This document shows positions 1 to 13,700 of a stretch of 64,000 nt of DNA, one piece after another (position 1 is the stretch's first letter; each line of letters opens with the position of its first letter). The translations under genes were made by a program, and so were the position numbers. The DNA comes from Laetmonice hystrix. Its lineage: Eukaryota. The notes under the pieces were generated by a model. The model saw only the letters and a list, made by a program, of their open reading frames with translations. It ran no database searches and had not been told where the DNA came from. The stretch covers positions 10,232,001 through 10,296,000 of the forward strand of contig OZ249436.1 of NCBI GenBank assembly GCA_965235115.1, written 5' to 3'.

Positions 1-1960
1 TTTAGTATTAATGTTGTCTTTCTTGATGAATTTGTCTTTGTTCAACTGTTTTGATATTGATTCTGCAGCACCTGGCTGCTGTGCATTTTCCAACCACATT
101 CAGCATAAGGTTGTGGCATTACTGATGCCTTTATGGGTTATATCTTGTTTAAACGTCGTTATTCGTGTTGTGCTTTGTCTGAACTGTCCTATTCACACCC
201 TGCAGATTTTGCTGCACGAGTCTTCTCGTTTTTGTTTTTTTCTTGTGTTTTTTTTTACTCTGTCACTATCTTTGAATTTCATTTTCGAAATGGACAGTGA
301 CATTGGCTCCATGTGATGGGAACTAAACACCTTCGCTTTTCCATGTTTCGCCAAAGTATTATCGAAGATCAGTTTTTGAAGTCACTCCTTCATACTTAAC
401 TAACTTAACTAAACTGAACCTAACTTATACATAACTTCAACAACATGACAACTACAAAGCAAGAAACGTCAAACATAGACAAAAAACATTAGACAATATT
501 TCAAACAGAGACACAATCAACTTTCAAATAAAACATGTATATAAAAACAATGAAATAATCAACCTCAACCCACTCCATCAACATCCACAGCCCCTAATCT
601 GCTGCAGTAGGCCTACTTGAAAGCAAACCAACATACCTTGCTCAAGGAATGCAATATTACATGGCGTTTCAAATTCATTCGAACATAAGCAGGATAAACA
701 TTAACCCCAACAAACATCTTATTCAAACATTAAAGCATTCAAAACATCGGAAACATAAATAGAATCAGGGAAATAAATGAAATCAAATGCACACAAATAC
801 GTAATCAAACCCCAGTGTGTGAAAATATCAAACCAGCATAAACATGCCTAATACATGTGCGACTCGTATACAAGAACACCGTATCATACATTTGACCGTT
901 TGCCTCGAGTAGCATTCTCCTGAGCATTGTTCATCGTTTGTGGAACATTCAAAACATCGAAAAAATCAATAGAATCAGGGAAATACATAAAATCAATCGC
1001 CCCACCAAAATCATCAAAACAATCGCCCATCAGCGTGTGAAAATATCAACCTAGTGGCGACTCAAATGTAAGTGTTATAGATGACCGTTTGCCAGGAGTA
1101 TCATTCTCCTGAGCATTTTTTATAGTTTGTGTGCATGTATATCGCTTTTTACGAATCCACACTTAACTCCATGATTCGATAGGGTACCATATTCACCAGT
1201 TTAGTATTAATGTTGTCTTTCTTGATGAATTTGTCTTTGTTCAACTGTTTTGATATTCATTCTGCAGCACCTGGCTGCTGTGCATTATACCAACCACATT
1301 CAGCATAAGGTTGTGGCATGACTGATGCCTTTATAGGTTTATATCTTGTTTAAACGTCGTTATTCGTGTTGTGCTTTGTCTGAACTGTCATATTCACACC
1401 CTGCTCTCTCATTCAGATTTTGCTGCACGAGTCTTCTCGTTTGTTTGTTTTTTCTTGTTTTTTTTCTCGAAATTACTTAACTAAACTGAACCTAACTTAT
1501 ACATAACTTCAACAACATGAAAACTACAAAGCAAGAATCGTCAAACAAAAGACAAAACACATTAGACAATATTTCAAACATAGACACAATCAACTTTCAA
1601 ATAAAACATGTATATAAAAACAATGAAATAATCAACCTCAACCCACTCCATCAACATCCACAGCCCCTAATCTGCTGCAGTAGGCCTACTTGAAAGCAAA
1701 CCAACATACATGTACCTTGCTCAAGGAATGCAATATTACATGGCGTTTCAAATTCATTCGAACATAAGCAGCATAAACATTAACCCCAACAAACATCTTA
1801 TTCAAACATTAAAGCATTCAAAACATCGGAAACATAAATAGAATCGGGGAAATAAATGAAATTAAATGCACACAAATACGTAATCAAACAAGTACACCGT
1901 ATCATACATATGACCGTTTGCCTCGAGTAGCATTCTCCTGAGCATTGTTCATCGTTTGTG
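1..1960. repeat. Large direct (tandem) duplication: ~1-960 repeated at ~1201-1960, with further partial copies at ~2006-2175 and ~3592-3680
   Basis: tttagtattaatgttgtctttcttgatgaatttgtc... starts at both 1 and 1201. Near-identity continues through ...gagcattgttcatcgtttgtggaac (~945 vs ~1964), with indels. The ttttgatatt(c)attctgcagc(a)cctgg motif recurs at ~2066 and ~3646. Confidence 0.9.
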
Positions 1961-2523
1961 GAACTCCAGAGTATGGCTACACCTTTTTTACAAATCCACG
2001 GTCAGTTTAGTATTGATGTCTTTCTTGGTCATTTTCTTTTTGTGTTTGACTCTACATTTTGTTGTTTTGATATTCATTCTGCAGCCCCTGGCAGCTGTGC
2101 ATTGTACCAACCACATTCAGTGCAAGTCTGTGGCATGCCGTTATAGGTTATATCTTGTTTAAACGTCGTTATTTGTTTCACGTTTAACCGATACATCAGT
2201 ACTTTCAAGTCATTTTATTAAACCAATTTGTCATGTGGCGATTTTTGCCGATTTCATAAACTATAAAGAAACACAAGAGATCAAAGAATTGACATTTTAT
2301 TAATTGAGACTTATACTTATCTTAAACCAAACTTAACCTAACTTATATGCTTAACTTAAACTAAACCATGGACCTGAACACAATCAACCTTCAACATATG
2401 AAAATACTACATCCAAAAACAGTGAAAGAATCAACTCAACGATGCAAGTATCATGCATAGGTCAAACTGCAACCCACTTTACTTGAAAGCAAACACTCAT
2501 CTCTTTGAATAATCGTGACCTCA

Positions 2524-3050
2524 AGGGCAGCAGGCAGGAAGGTAAGCACTAAGGTGAACAGCAGACATTCAAGCAAGAGGGTATACCGACGGGCAGGCAA
2601 ACTGAAAGACAGGCCAGCAGGCAGACAGACACACAGATTACCGATCAGGAAGACAGACAGGTAGTAAGGCAGACAGACAGGCAGGAAGGAACGATCGCAG
2701 ACAGGCAGGCAGGCAGTCAAGCAGGCGGTAAGGCAGGCAGGCAGGCGGCCAGGTAGTGAAAGCAGGCACGCAGGAAAGCAGGGGATTGGCCAGGCAGGAC
2801 GGCACGCAGATTGGCACACCTAGGCACACCGCTCCACACACCCACCCACCCACCCAAAACCCCACATTACCACATGTCCACCAGAGTACCCAGCGGACCA
2901 CCCCCCCCAACCAGACAACCCGCCCAACCGGCCACCCATCTGACCACACACCTACCCTGAAACCCATCAATCCACCCGACAAACCCGAAAACCGACCCGA
3001 AAAGCAACCCATCCGACCGTCCGAGCAACCGACCAACCATTTAACTCACC
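2524..3050. repeat. Degenerate (GGCA/GACA)n followed by (CCCA/CCAA/CCGA)n low-complexity tract; similar tract at ~5435-5720
   Basis: Runs such as acaggcaggcaggcagtcaagcaggc and cccacccacccaccc. These explain the spurious ACL/PT-rich ORFs in the track. Confidence 0.85.
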
Positions 3051-4224
3051 AGCATCCATCTTTTCTACACCTCCTACTGAATGGACAACCGGCATCTTAT
3101 AACCTGAAAAAAACATGAACTCAAAACAACCATCAATATGTGGAAATATATACAAAATCGTATGCATTTGATCAAGGTACCATACATAACATAAGAGCAA
3201 GCACACAGAACGTTTTAAACCTCATTAAAACTCATCTATCAGGATATCAACACATGTCTAATACAGTCATACAAGTATCAAACAAGGTATTGAAACTAAA
3301 ACAACAATAAACTAAGCATGTGAAAATATCAACTCAACATGGTCATACACAGTAACTGATGCAAGTATCATACAAGATTATTAAACTTAAAAATTATATC
3401 ATAACATCAAAACAAGCAATAATAAACATACAACGAAATAAAATCAATTGGCCTATATAAGAAACGACATGCAATTTGTTAGACCGGTTTAATACTTATC
3501 ACCCTTTCAACAGTCATGTTTGGAACAAAATCTCATTCTTTTGTGACAATATATTATTTGTGGAAGATACTTCTTTTCCTACCCCAAGTCAGTTTAGTAT
3601 TTATGTTGTCTTTCTTTTGGCGTTTGACTCTTTACATTTTGTTGTTTTGATATTTATTCTGCAGCACCTGGCTGCTGTGCTGTACCGTATATTTCACACC
3701 CAATATACTATTATTTTTGCTCGATTGTACCAATTCTTCATCGGTTATTTCTTGTGTCACCTGTGTCATTCCTTTGCCTGTTGTAAGACCTTTGTGGCAA
3801 TTCCTGGATTTTCATCATGCTTTTGTTAATCTCATAACCTCTGTTGGAATCAAGATATCAAACAATAGACATTTTGATTATAAAAAGAGCAACTTAAAAA
3901 GTTAGGAACTTAACGTAACAACCAAACAAAGACCTTAGTGATAAGTCAAAACTGATACATTGTTTTAAACACGGCCCCGAACAATGGTAAGCATGTGAAA
4001 ATATCACATACAAAATCAATGAAAATCAATATTACATACAAAATCAATGAAAATCGATAATAAACCTATTGGTTATGTACTATCATACATGGGCCAAACC
4101 TCGACCCACTCAACATTCATACAAACCCTAAATCTGTTGCAGTGTTTTAAGGCAACCCCACACAAAAGGAACATAAAGACAAACACATACTCTTTCAAAC
4201 ATTTGAACCTGTAGGTTATTCTTC

Positions 4225-4830
4225 ACGTTGGCACCCTAGGTTTGTGTTAAACCTTAGCATGTTGACATACTTGATTTGTGCCTTTTTATTGTTATACTGA
4301 TGCACCAGTTTTTGTCAGTGATTTCATGCTTAAACCTAAGCATGTTGGCACCCTTGATTTGTGTCTTTATTGTTATACTCATTCACCAGTTTTTTCAGCG
4401 ATCTCATGTTTAACCCAGAGTCATGTCGACACCCTTGGTTTGTGTCGTTAATATTATAGTGATGTACCAGTTTTTGTCAGCGATTTCTGTTTTAACATGA
4501 GCACGTTGCACACTTGGTTTGTATTTTTATACTCATTCTCCAGTTTTTTCAGCGATTTCATGTTTAAACCTGAGTCATGGTGACCCCTTGGTTTGTATCG
4601 TTAATATTATAGTGATGTACCAGTTTTTGTCAGCGATTTCTGTTTTAACATGAGCGCGTTGCACCCGTGGTTTGTATGTTTATACTCATTCTCTGGGTTT
4701 CTTTTAGCGATTTCATGTTTAAACCTGAGTCATGGTGACACCCTTGGTTTGTGTCCTTATATTGTTATACTGATGTACCGGTTTTTGTCAGCGATTTTGT
4801 GTTTAAACCCAAGCACGTTGGCACCCTTGA
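4225..4830. repeat. Tandem repeat, ~60-bp subunit (~125-bp higher-order dimer), about 9-10 subunits
   Basis: Recurring ...caccc(t)tggtttgt...tatactgatgtaccagtttttgtcagcgatttc... units. Confidence 0.85.
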
Positions 4831-6774
4831 AATCCTTGAAGAGGCCAAAGAACCTTATTTTTACACGTTCAAAGAGTCCTACACTAACACATTCAGACTT
4901 ACATTCAAAACTTAAAAACAAATCACAAGCTATACAATATACTATGATCACGTGAATCATCATCATCAAAATAAGAAAAGATTAAATCAACAGGTGCCCT
5001 GTTTCAGTGGCAGTGTATGAAAGCCAAAGAACACCTTATGTTTGCACTGTTCATGGTCATAAAACATGAGGAACTTAAATTTAAAAACAACTTAAAATAA
5101 ATCTTAACAATCTAGCCCTTAAGATGCCCTTTACATTTTGTAAAAAATCAAACCTTAGTATTGGATCTCACGGTTACTTTCTCAGGATTAAGAAGGCTAG
5201 AATTTGCCTGAAAAAAAGCAAGCATACAAAAGATTATACTATCAGATAATATCCATTTGTTATCTGAATAATGGATATTATGATCAACATGACCAATCTG
5301 AAGAATACAGGTTAATAAGCCATAGGCCAACCGATGGCACCAAACACGTGCCTTCATGCATTACCAAGTCATGATTGTGTAGGCCTACATGTGTACTACT
5401 GCTTCAACCATCATCAAACCAAACCTTAAACAAGGGAAGCAGACAGATAAGTGGGAAGACAGGAAGTTAAGCAGGCAGCCATCTGGGAAGGTAGAGCAGC
5501 CGTAGGGCAGGGACATGGCCAGGCAGACAAGCATGCAGGTTTGCAGGGATTGGCCTCACGCAACCACACACTCAGCCACCCACCCACCGACCCGAACTTA
5601 CCACCAGCCAGCCCACCAACTGACCGCCTGCCACCTGACGTGTGTCCACCCTCCGACCCAACCACCCATCTGATCACCGGCCTAGTTACCTGAAAACCAA
5701 CAGGAAAGCCAGCCCATCTAACTACCTATGAATATTTATAATCTAGGCCCTAATAATGCCCCAACAATGAAATTAGGCCTATATATAGATCATCAAGTCA
5801 AAAATGTGAATTTACGTACCTTTTCTGCAGATTATGCAGGTTTTAGGGCGTGCTTTCCAACTTGTCAGCCTTTAGCCATCATCTAGTTGCATAATGACTA
5901 CCTCAAGGAAGCTCGGGTTATGAATTTGGGGAGATAAATATTCAAAATATGAAATGAAACCTGAAGGGAACAGTTTCAGCAACAATGATCTTGTCATATT
6001 GAGGTCAACAGTTTTTACGGCGAGAAAACATTAAAATATGAAATGAAACCTGAAGGGAACAGTTTTTATGGCAGCAAGTAACTGACAAACTTTGTCTCAT
6101 CGAGGTCCGAATGGAATACGAACCTGAGAGGCCAAGGAGCTCAGGGGCCTGGCTCACTTGGTCACTGCAATTGTTTTGTCAGAAATGTTCACGAAAAGGC
6201 ATAGAAGCTGAAGGTGAACTAATGTCATAGTCAAGCTACCTACTTCCCTGGCCACCGGATCTGGCGTCTAAACAACACACGATTACCCACTGGTGACATC
6301 TATAAGCATCTTTGGCACAGGATGCCGGCTGTCGGAGCGAGGAGGAACCCTTGCCGAACAGTCCCGTACATTGCCCCTCCTCTCTGGGACACACTGCCCC
6401 CCTAGTCTGTATGGCCAATGAACAGTTTTAACTGTATGAACAGTGACTGCCCGATTCTAACAACTTTTACCAGCAGCATGTGAGGACAGACTACGAAAGG
6501 TGGCGGGTTAGGACAAACACCGTCAGATTCCACTGCAGTAGATTGAAGCCTGCTGACCACCCAACACCGACTGTGATGCAACAAGTTACAACGCGACAGT
6601 TACCCAGACAGCGGCCAGTGTGAACATTCTGACTTGGCAATAAGGTATAGTTTAACAATTGTTTATACATCACAGTACAGTGACGTCAACCTAGCGTTTG
6701 GACAACTTACCGCCCAATCTACCCACCATCTATCAACCAACCAGCTAAGTAATTAAACAACCAACCAATCATTT

Positions 6775-7760
6775 TCCCTTTTTCGTGACAGGTTCCAGGT
6801 AGATGGGACAACTGGAAACAAGAAAGGTTGGATGGTTAATAAAATGATTTAAAATGATACACACGTAAATCATTTGTCAAAAAACGAGGCCTAGGCCCAT
6901 TTGTTGATAGGGGCCTGCATTCCTGAAAATTACTGAGCACTGATGTGAGAATTACTCGGATGATTTGACAATTACTGTAGTAAGGAGTAGCTTGTTCATA
7001 ATAGCTCTTCAAACTTTCAATCATACCCGAATGTGTGCACCTGATCGATCAGAAACTCACCTTCATTTTGCAGTGGCCCAAGCTTGAATGAAACCAGCAG
7101 TGTAGGCCTACGCTATCTGGAAATAAATAAATGCATAAAATAATAAAAAAAAGTGAATAAAAAATAAATAAAAAATTAAAAACAATAAAGTATAAGAAAA
7201 AATAAAAAAAAACAACCACATCATCCAAACAGCCTATTATGTAGTCATAATTTGCACATAATAGTGGTCCTATCTTAAATAGCCTTTGTAGGTGTGGGAA
7301 ACATGGTTTATCAATTGACTTCATTCATTCCTTCTGACAGACATTGATGTGTATAATTAGTCCATACCTTTGCTCATCTCTGTGGATAATCGTATAATAG
7401 ATGCCCTCAGCGGCAGCAGGCAGGCATGAAGGCAGTTAGTTGCCCTCTTTCGTGACGGGTTCCAGGTAGATGGACAACTGAAAACAAAAGCGTTGGGATG
7501 GTCTATAAAATGATTTACTGAGACGATTCGAAAATTACTGAAATAAGGAATAGCCAGGTTCGCAAAAGCTCTTCAAGGACACAAACTTCCAATAATACAC
7601 AAATGTGTGCACCTGATCGATCAGAAACTCACCTTCATTATGCAGGAAACCAGTAGTGTAGGCCTACGCTGTATGGAAATAAATAAATGCATTTACAACG
7701 TAAATAAAAAAGAGTGGATAAAAATATGAAATTTTTTTTTAAATGAAAAATACGAAAAAA
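6775..7760. repeat. Diverged direct duplication (~6775-7240 vs ~7445-7760)
   Basis: ttcgtgac(a/g)ggttccaggtagatgg... and gtgtgcacctgatcgatcagaaactcaccttcatt...gtgtaggcctacgct occur in both copies. Confidence 0.8.
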
Positions 7761-10700
7761 TAAATTAAAAAAATAAATCAAATAAATCCGTCACAAAACC
7801 GTCATGTACAATCTGTCCCTAAAATAAAATAATTTCTTTCATTTAAACCAAACGGCATTTGAGATTGGACCTTACATTTTATAAGGCATGTCCCAGCCTT
7901 GCAGTGACCTGGCCGAATGTCTTTCTAAAGATAATTTCGGCCTACCTACCTCCGATTTCAAGGCCTATTTGGTTCTTCCTTGCAACAGTTGAGGTACGGT
8001 CAAGCACTTTTTTGTTCAGGTGAAGTGCAATTAGTTTCAGTGACGGAAGCCTACGACTATGAATGCCAGGTAGCAACTGACTACTGCGACTCAACCCCGG
8101 TCGAACTGGCCGAGTTTCCCGCGACGCATGCGCAAGGTGTCCCCGTCGCTGTGATGAGAGTAGAAATGTAAAAGTAAATGTAAAACTTCTATCGCCTTAC
8201 AGCGAGGCTACGGAATATAATCAATCATCATCGAAATAAGAAAACATAGGCCTATAATCAACAGGTTCGCTGTCTCTGGGGCAATGTATGAGGATGATCC
8301 ATGGATACATGCATGCAGTATAAATACCACAACATCCAACCAGCCTATAACTGGTTGGTTGGATGTTATAGGCCAACTTCCTACCTCGACATATAACTTC
8401 AGTGTAGCCTACGTAAAAAAATTTAGGTCTGCTTACCTCTGATGGCCTGTGTAGTTGTCCGTGGCTACCAATGCAAGTGAGGTTTTGCCAAGCAGTCGAG
8501 TTCTTTTGTTCAGTTTGAGTTGAATTGGTTTCAATGACGGAAAGCTGTGCTCCTATGACCTCTCTCTATGAATGCCAGGTAGTCGACTGGCGACTGGCAC
8601 GCCGGCCCAAACTGGTTCGCATTTTCCCGCCACGCATGCGCATCGGTCAGATTTAATTAATATTCATGTATTTCATTTGCCTCGTCCGTAGGGGCGGTGG
8701 ATTTCATGCTTCACTGAACTGTTGGAAATGCACACATGCGAACTCGGGTCGTCCTATATCAACAATGAACGGTGATCCACTGTAAATGGCCGGTCATAGA
8801 AAATGCAAAACGTTGACCGAAATATTATATGTCCTTATATATTTCATATATTTCATTCATTCACTTAATATGTTCGTCCTATTCAGAGCGAGAACATTTA
8901 CCACTGCGGATGGTTCAAACAGTATGGTTTGAATATCAGTCCCATTGTCGATGTGTAAAGATATGTTTCGGCCAGTCGTTCGTATCACATACTCCCTTGA
9001 GTGGCTCATGTCACCACTCCACCGCACTGCCCACCTCCCAACTCACCCCCACCCACCCAAGTACACGTGTACAGTCTACTGACCGGTCATTGTTTTTGCA
9101 TACATATCCACTGGCCCTATCGCCTGGTGTTCCTCTTTGCCTGCCGCCATCTGTAATCCACGTATACGTAGTCGGAGTGGGGGGGGGGGGGGGGGGGGTC
9201 TGGATGGTAAGTAAAGGAGGCACCAAGTCTGTTATGTCATTCACTGGGCCCGCTTCCGTGTACACAATTCACAGTGACACACGTACCTTTGCTTTGGCCA
9301 GCACAGTTGTTCGGTATAAGTGAGGTAATACATGTATTGGGGGTGCTGGAAGAGTGCTGTTCACCTTAATATCAGACATTCAGCCTTGTAGAAAATGTCT
9401 CACGTACACGATGGCTCAAAAAATATTCCTGACTCCCGTATAGCGCACAATAGAGGCCGACAAGCGTGGGCGCCAGAGAATATTCAGAGTTAGGGGGCAA
9501 CTCCAGATCTGATACCAGCTAGGGGGCAAAGGCTTTCACAGCTACAATTAGATCAAATTCGATGCTTCACATAGATATTATGATTTACAGATGTACATTC
9601 ATCGATTACAAAGGACATATCACTCCGACCTATTATCCTTGAAAGTTGTCTTTCCAATATGTCAAAAATTAAAATATCCATGTCTGTGTTGGTCTGTCTC
9701 ACATCTACACTTCTACTGCGAAAAGGTTTATAATGCCAAGAGACGCATCATTGAAGAGTTATATAATAATTACTGACGAGATATCAAAGGTCGTTATTTG
9801 TTATAAAAGAGACATGTGGAAGTTCAAAGTTCATTTATAGGCCTACCCAATGAACAATCTATATAATAATAGGTAGGGTAAAAGTTCCTGCAACTTGGGC
9901 TATCTTCTTTTCTGTGCCAAAGTGTACGTAAGTGTACGTCTGCTACATTATTCTCCCATGTGAAATGGCTATTTTATTTTTATTGCAATTTTCACTTTCA
10001 TGTCGTTTTTTTTGCTCATTTGTTCCCCGACATCGGTGTTTCGGCCGCCATTTTGTCGGTTGCTATAAAGGACGCCAGTTGGTAAACATTCCAAATTGGA
10101 GTCAATGGAGCGTGTCCTATAACTGAGTGACCAGTGTCCAGGGCCATTGGCCTGCGCGAAATTTACACGCGCTGTGCAAAAGCAAATGGGGGTGGACATG
10201 AAAACTGCGTGGCCCGTGATCCCGCCACTATTGTTATGGAGTCCTTGGGTACTGACTGATCATTTCGGAGCATTTTACCCTTCATTTAGGCGAACAATAG
10301 TGCTCAACGTGCAAACCCCCTGGACCACCCCCGAAACCCTAATGGGGCTGGCTTGGAGACGTGAAGGAGCTATGAAATAGGATGTGACATTATTCTGTTC
10401 GGCATTTGATATGAAATGAAACTATACATCTACATATTTGATCATGTCCTGGCGTCAAGTTTGATGTCTTGAAAATAATAACGTTTGTGTGAAAAGGGAC
10501 CAGAATCTCCGTGGAATCATGCAGTGCTCAAGCTCCAGCCCACACCACTGATACCTGACGTCATGGTATTCTTTAGGGGGGGCAGTCTGGGATTAGAACC
10601 CCCCCCTTCTCCGCCCCGCCTATATCCGCCCCCATCCAGACACAGACACGCATCCCGACACACACACCCACACGTACGCACATACAGTAACGCCTTCTTT

Positions 10701-13700
10701 TAGGGAGGTGGCGGTGACGTATTTGGTTTGGGTAATTATGGGTGTAGGCCCTTGCTACAGTGGAAATAGAGGCCATCTATAAACATACACACATGTATAC
10801 ATGTATAGACATTCACAACACCTAGACGCCAACATGCCAGATGCCTAGGGCACATACACATCATGTTAAAGAGGAAGAGCAGTCGATGTTCGTATTTCTA
10901 AAGGCCCGTTTGTCACGAGAGATTCATGGCGTAAGGCAACCATAAAAAGTTCGAAGCGGAATCCCGGATCATTAGCTGAAGGTTCGACCGGCACTTAACC
11001 AAAGAGCTTGTCTGAGTTGGAATCCATGTAAACTTCAATAACATTGCATGCTGGAGTACTATCCTCGAGAGGAGATGCTTACCTCTTTAAGCACTGTGAT
11101 TGGCAATGAACAAAAGGCCTTACACGCCAAATAACAAAAAAAACTATTTTTAAAAACTCGCGAATGAAACACGTAGGCCGATGGGGCCGCGTCCATAAAT
11201 TACGCAACGCTCAGGGGGGAGGGAGGAGGGGTGTATGTTCATCTGTTCTATTGGGGATCTAATTTATCCATTCATTGTACTTTATAGGCCTACCACGGTT
11301 CGTTTATATGTGAATCCGGGTGAATGCATTCCCAAAGCATTCCCATAACATGTATTAATGGAAGTATAGGACCCATGCATTGTTTTCCGCTCGGAATGAC
11401 CATTTGAAGAGATTCCACGGACTGGAGAAAAGCGCACCGACCATCGCCCACTGCGTTTCGTTTCCATTTTCGACATGAAAACATTTTTACGGCAAAGTAC
11501 ATTGTGGTTATTGATAAGGTAAGACTAGCTCCGTTGATGCGGCATATTCTACGCCCAAAGTCGTTCTCTACATTGATTCGGGATGAGCTGGAAGTCAATA
11601 ACCAAGGCAAGCGAATACTAATGCATTTCGACGTTCATGTCGCGTTCCGTCGCCATTTACCGTGGCTGCGCAGACATGGCGACATTCCCGAAAACTGCGA
11701 GTCCTATAACACTGGACACAGAGGGGCTCTAATGGCGCCCGACTGCCCTCCAAGGAATCCCAAAAGGGGGATTATCCTTGGTCTTGGTGTTCATCTGGAA
11801 GAATTACCAACGCAGGAACGTCGAAACACATGGGCGGTATCGTTAATCTGGAACGCATGGCTACAGTTTTAGGGCTATGGGATAGAGGCAGGCCTATTCC
11901 CGATGGAGGGCTATAGATATCTAAAACACCCTATCATCTTTACAATTTCATCAACAAATCGCATGGATCGGCTATATACCGACGGTCGTATATGCTTATT
12001 GACTGCAAGGAAAAAAGCAATATGTATCTAGGCCTCAGTGCTGGGGATTTCAAGTGGAGATCTCCTGAACGTGACACATGGAGACATACATTAGGGACCT
12101 ATAGGCCTTATGCATGCCCTTTTCTCTGCGAGAGTTTTTCCTCAGGAACCACGGGGGTATGCATCTTCTTTCACCGCCCTCTTGAACTCCATTCCTCTAT
12201 CATGGTATAGGCAATCGCGTAGCTACGAGGGGGGGGGGGGGAAGACCCCCCCCCCCCTTCGGAAGTGGGAAGGTTTGCGGAAACCTCTCAGGAAAATCTG
12301 CAATATAATACCATGGTCTGGGAAAACGAAGCCTAATCGCATATTGCCTTAATTTACTAGGTTTTACTGTAATGCAATTGTTTCCCGGATCTATTAGAAC
12401 TACATGTATTAGGTGATTCTTTGTGTGCGGGTTTTTTTTTCATTTTAGAATTAAAGGCGGACTATAAAAGGAGCCAATAGGGAGCTCCGATATACATGTG
12501 CTGTTGACTCTCATGTCGTACACAGCAGACTTGGCTTGCCAGACAGTATTGCCACCTGTGAGCGTTTAAAGGAAATTGTCTTCAATGAAAATTGTCAGGG
12601 ATAGATCTATGTTTAAACATGTATGAGGAACACGTCCCTCCATTGAATGTATCTTCAGAGCTTATAGAAAATCAGATTTGGGGTAATTTGTGAATCAAAA
12701 CAAACCCTGTTTTGCCGTTAGAATTTGGATTTGATTGACAGCGGGTCAGCTTATCAGTGGTGTATCTCATGTGGTGGTGTTATCTTGGTGACCTAGTTGC
12801 TAGGATACCAGTCAGACAAAGAAATAGTCGAAATCTGCTAAAAAGCGGACGAATCCATTCATTTCTTTTTATCCCAAAAATATATATCTTAATTTCCACG
12901 TTAACTTGGGGTTGATTTATCTATTTCAGGGTAATCAGGGTCTGCCTTGAATGAGAAATCCGAGAGGGTTCCGATCGAGTTCTCACACCTCAGCCCTACA
13001 TGGTTCCGTTATGCCATTCACACCACCTGGGCACTGACTGTGGCGCCATCTGGCGTCATAATTTTCATTTCCGCTCTCCTACGATAAGAAGCCTACATGT
13101 AAGGCCTGGGGCGCGGGAACAGGGGCCGCTCGGGCCACGACCTTTAGTAAAACCTGCCCCTGGAAACAAAATCAAAGATCTTATAATAATAGCTGGAAAA
13201 ATTCCATCCAGATATCTTAAAGACTGCCTGCGATATATTAAAGACATTTGGTGTTACAACAAATAAGATACGATAATGGGTAGGGGAGATCGGATCCCCA
13301 TTTCTACTCCTAGAGGAGGCAAACAAGAATCTAGGACCGAGGTGACTAAAATCCTTCGGTCCTGCCCATGCTGGTATACTCAGCTCGGACTATAGGTCCT
13401 ATTTAATGAAAAAGTGACCGCCGAGCGGAATTCAATACGCAGCACGTGTAAATCTATTTACACTCTTTTATTCCCTTAACCACAGTCTAAGGAACCAAAT
13501 ATCACACTACATGATTCCAAGTTTGTAAGTATATCTAATACCTTTTCCATTAATCACATTAATCATAATCATGTACCTTAGGCCATGAATAACAATGTTC
13601 GTTATGTTTTTATATATCATACATACCAGGAAGCCAAAGCATTATTACATTTGACAGGCCAATTTCATTCCAGGGCAAGGGACAAATTCAGTTTTCAATG

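Noticed and set aside
2451..3118. Overlapping 120-132-aa ORFs
   Set aside because: Low-complexity GGCA/CCCA repeats that lack stops by composition.
8829..13330. Assorted 60-164-aa ORFs in the track
   Set aside because: No recognisable domains or consistent exon chain. They are interspersed with poly-G/C MITE fragments.
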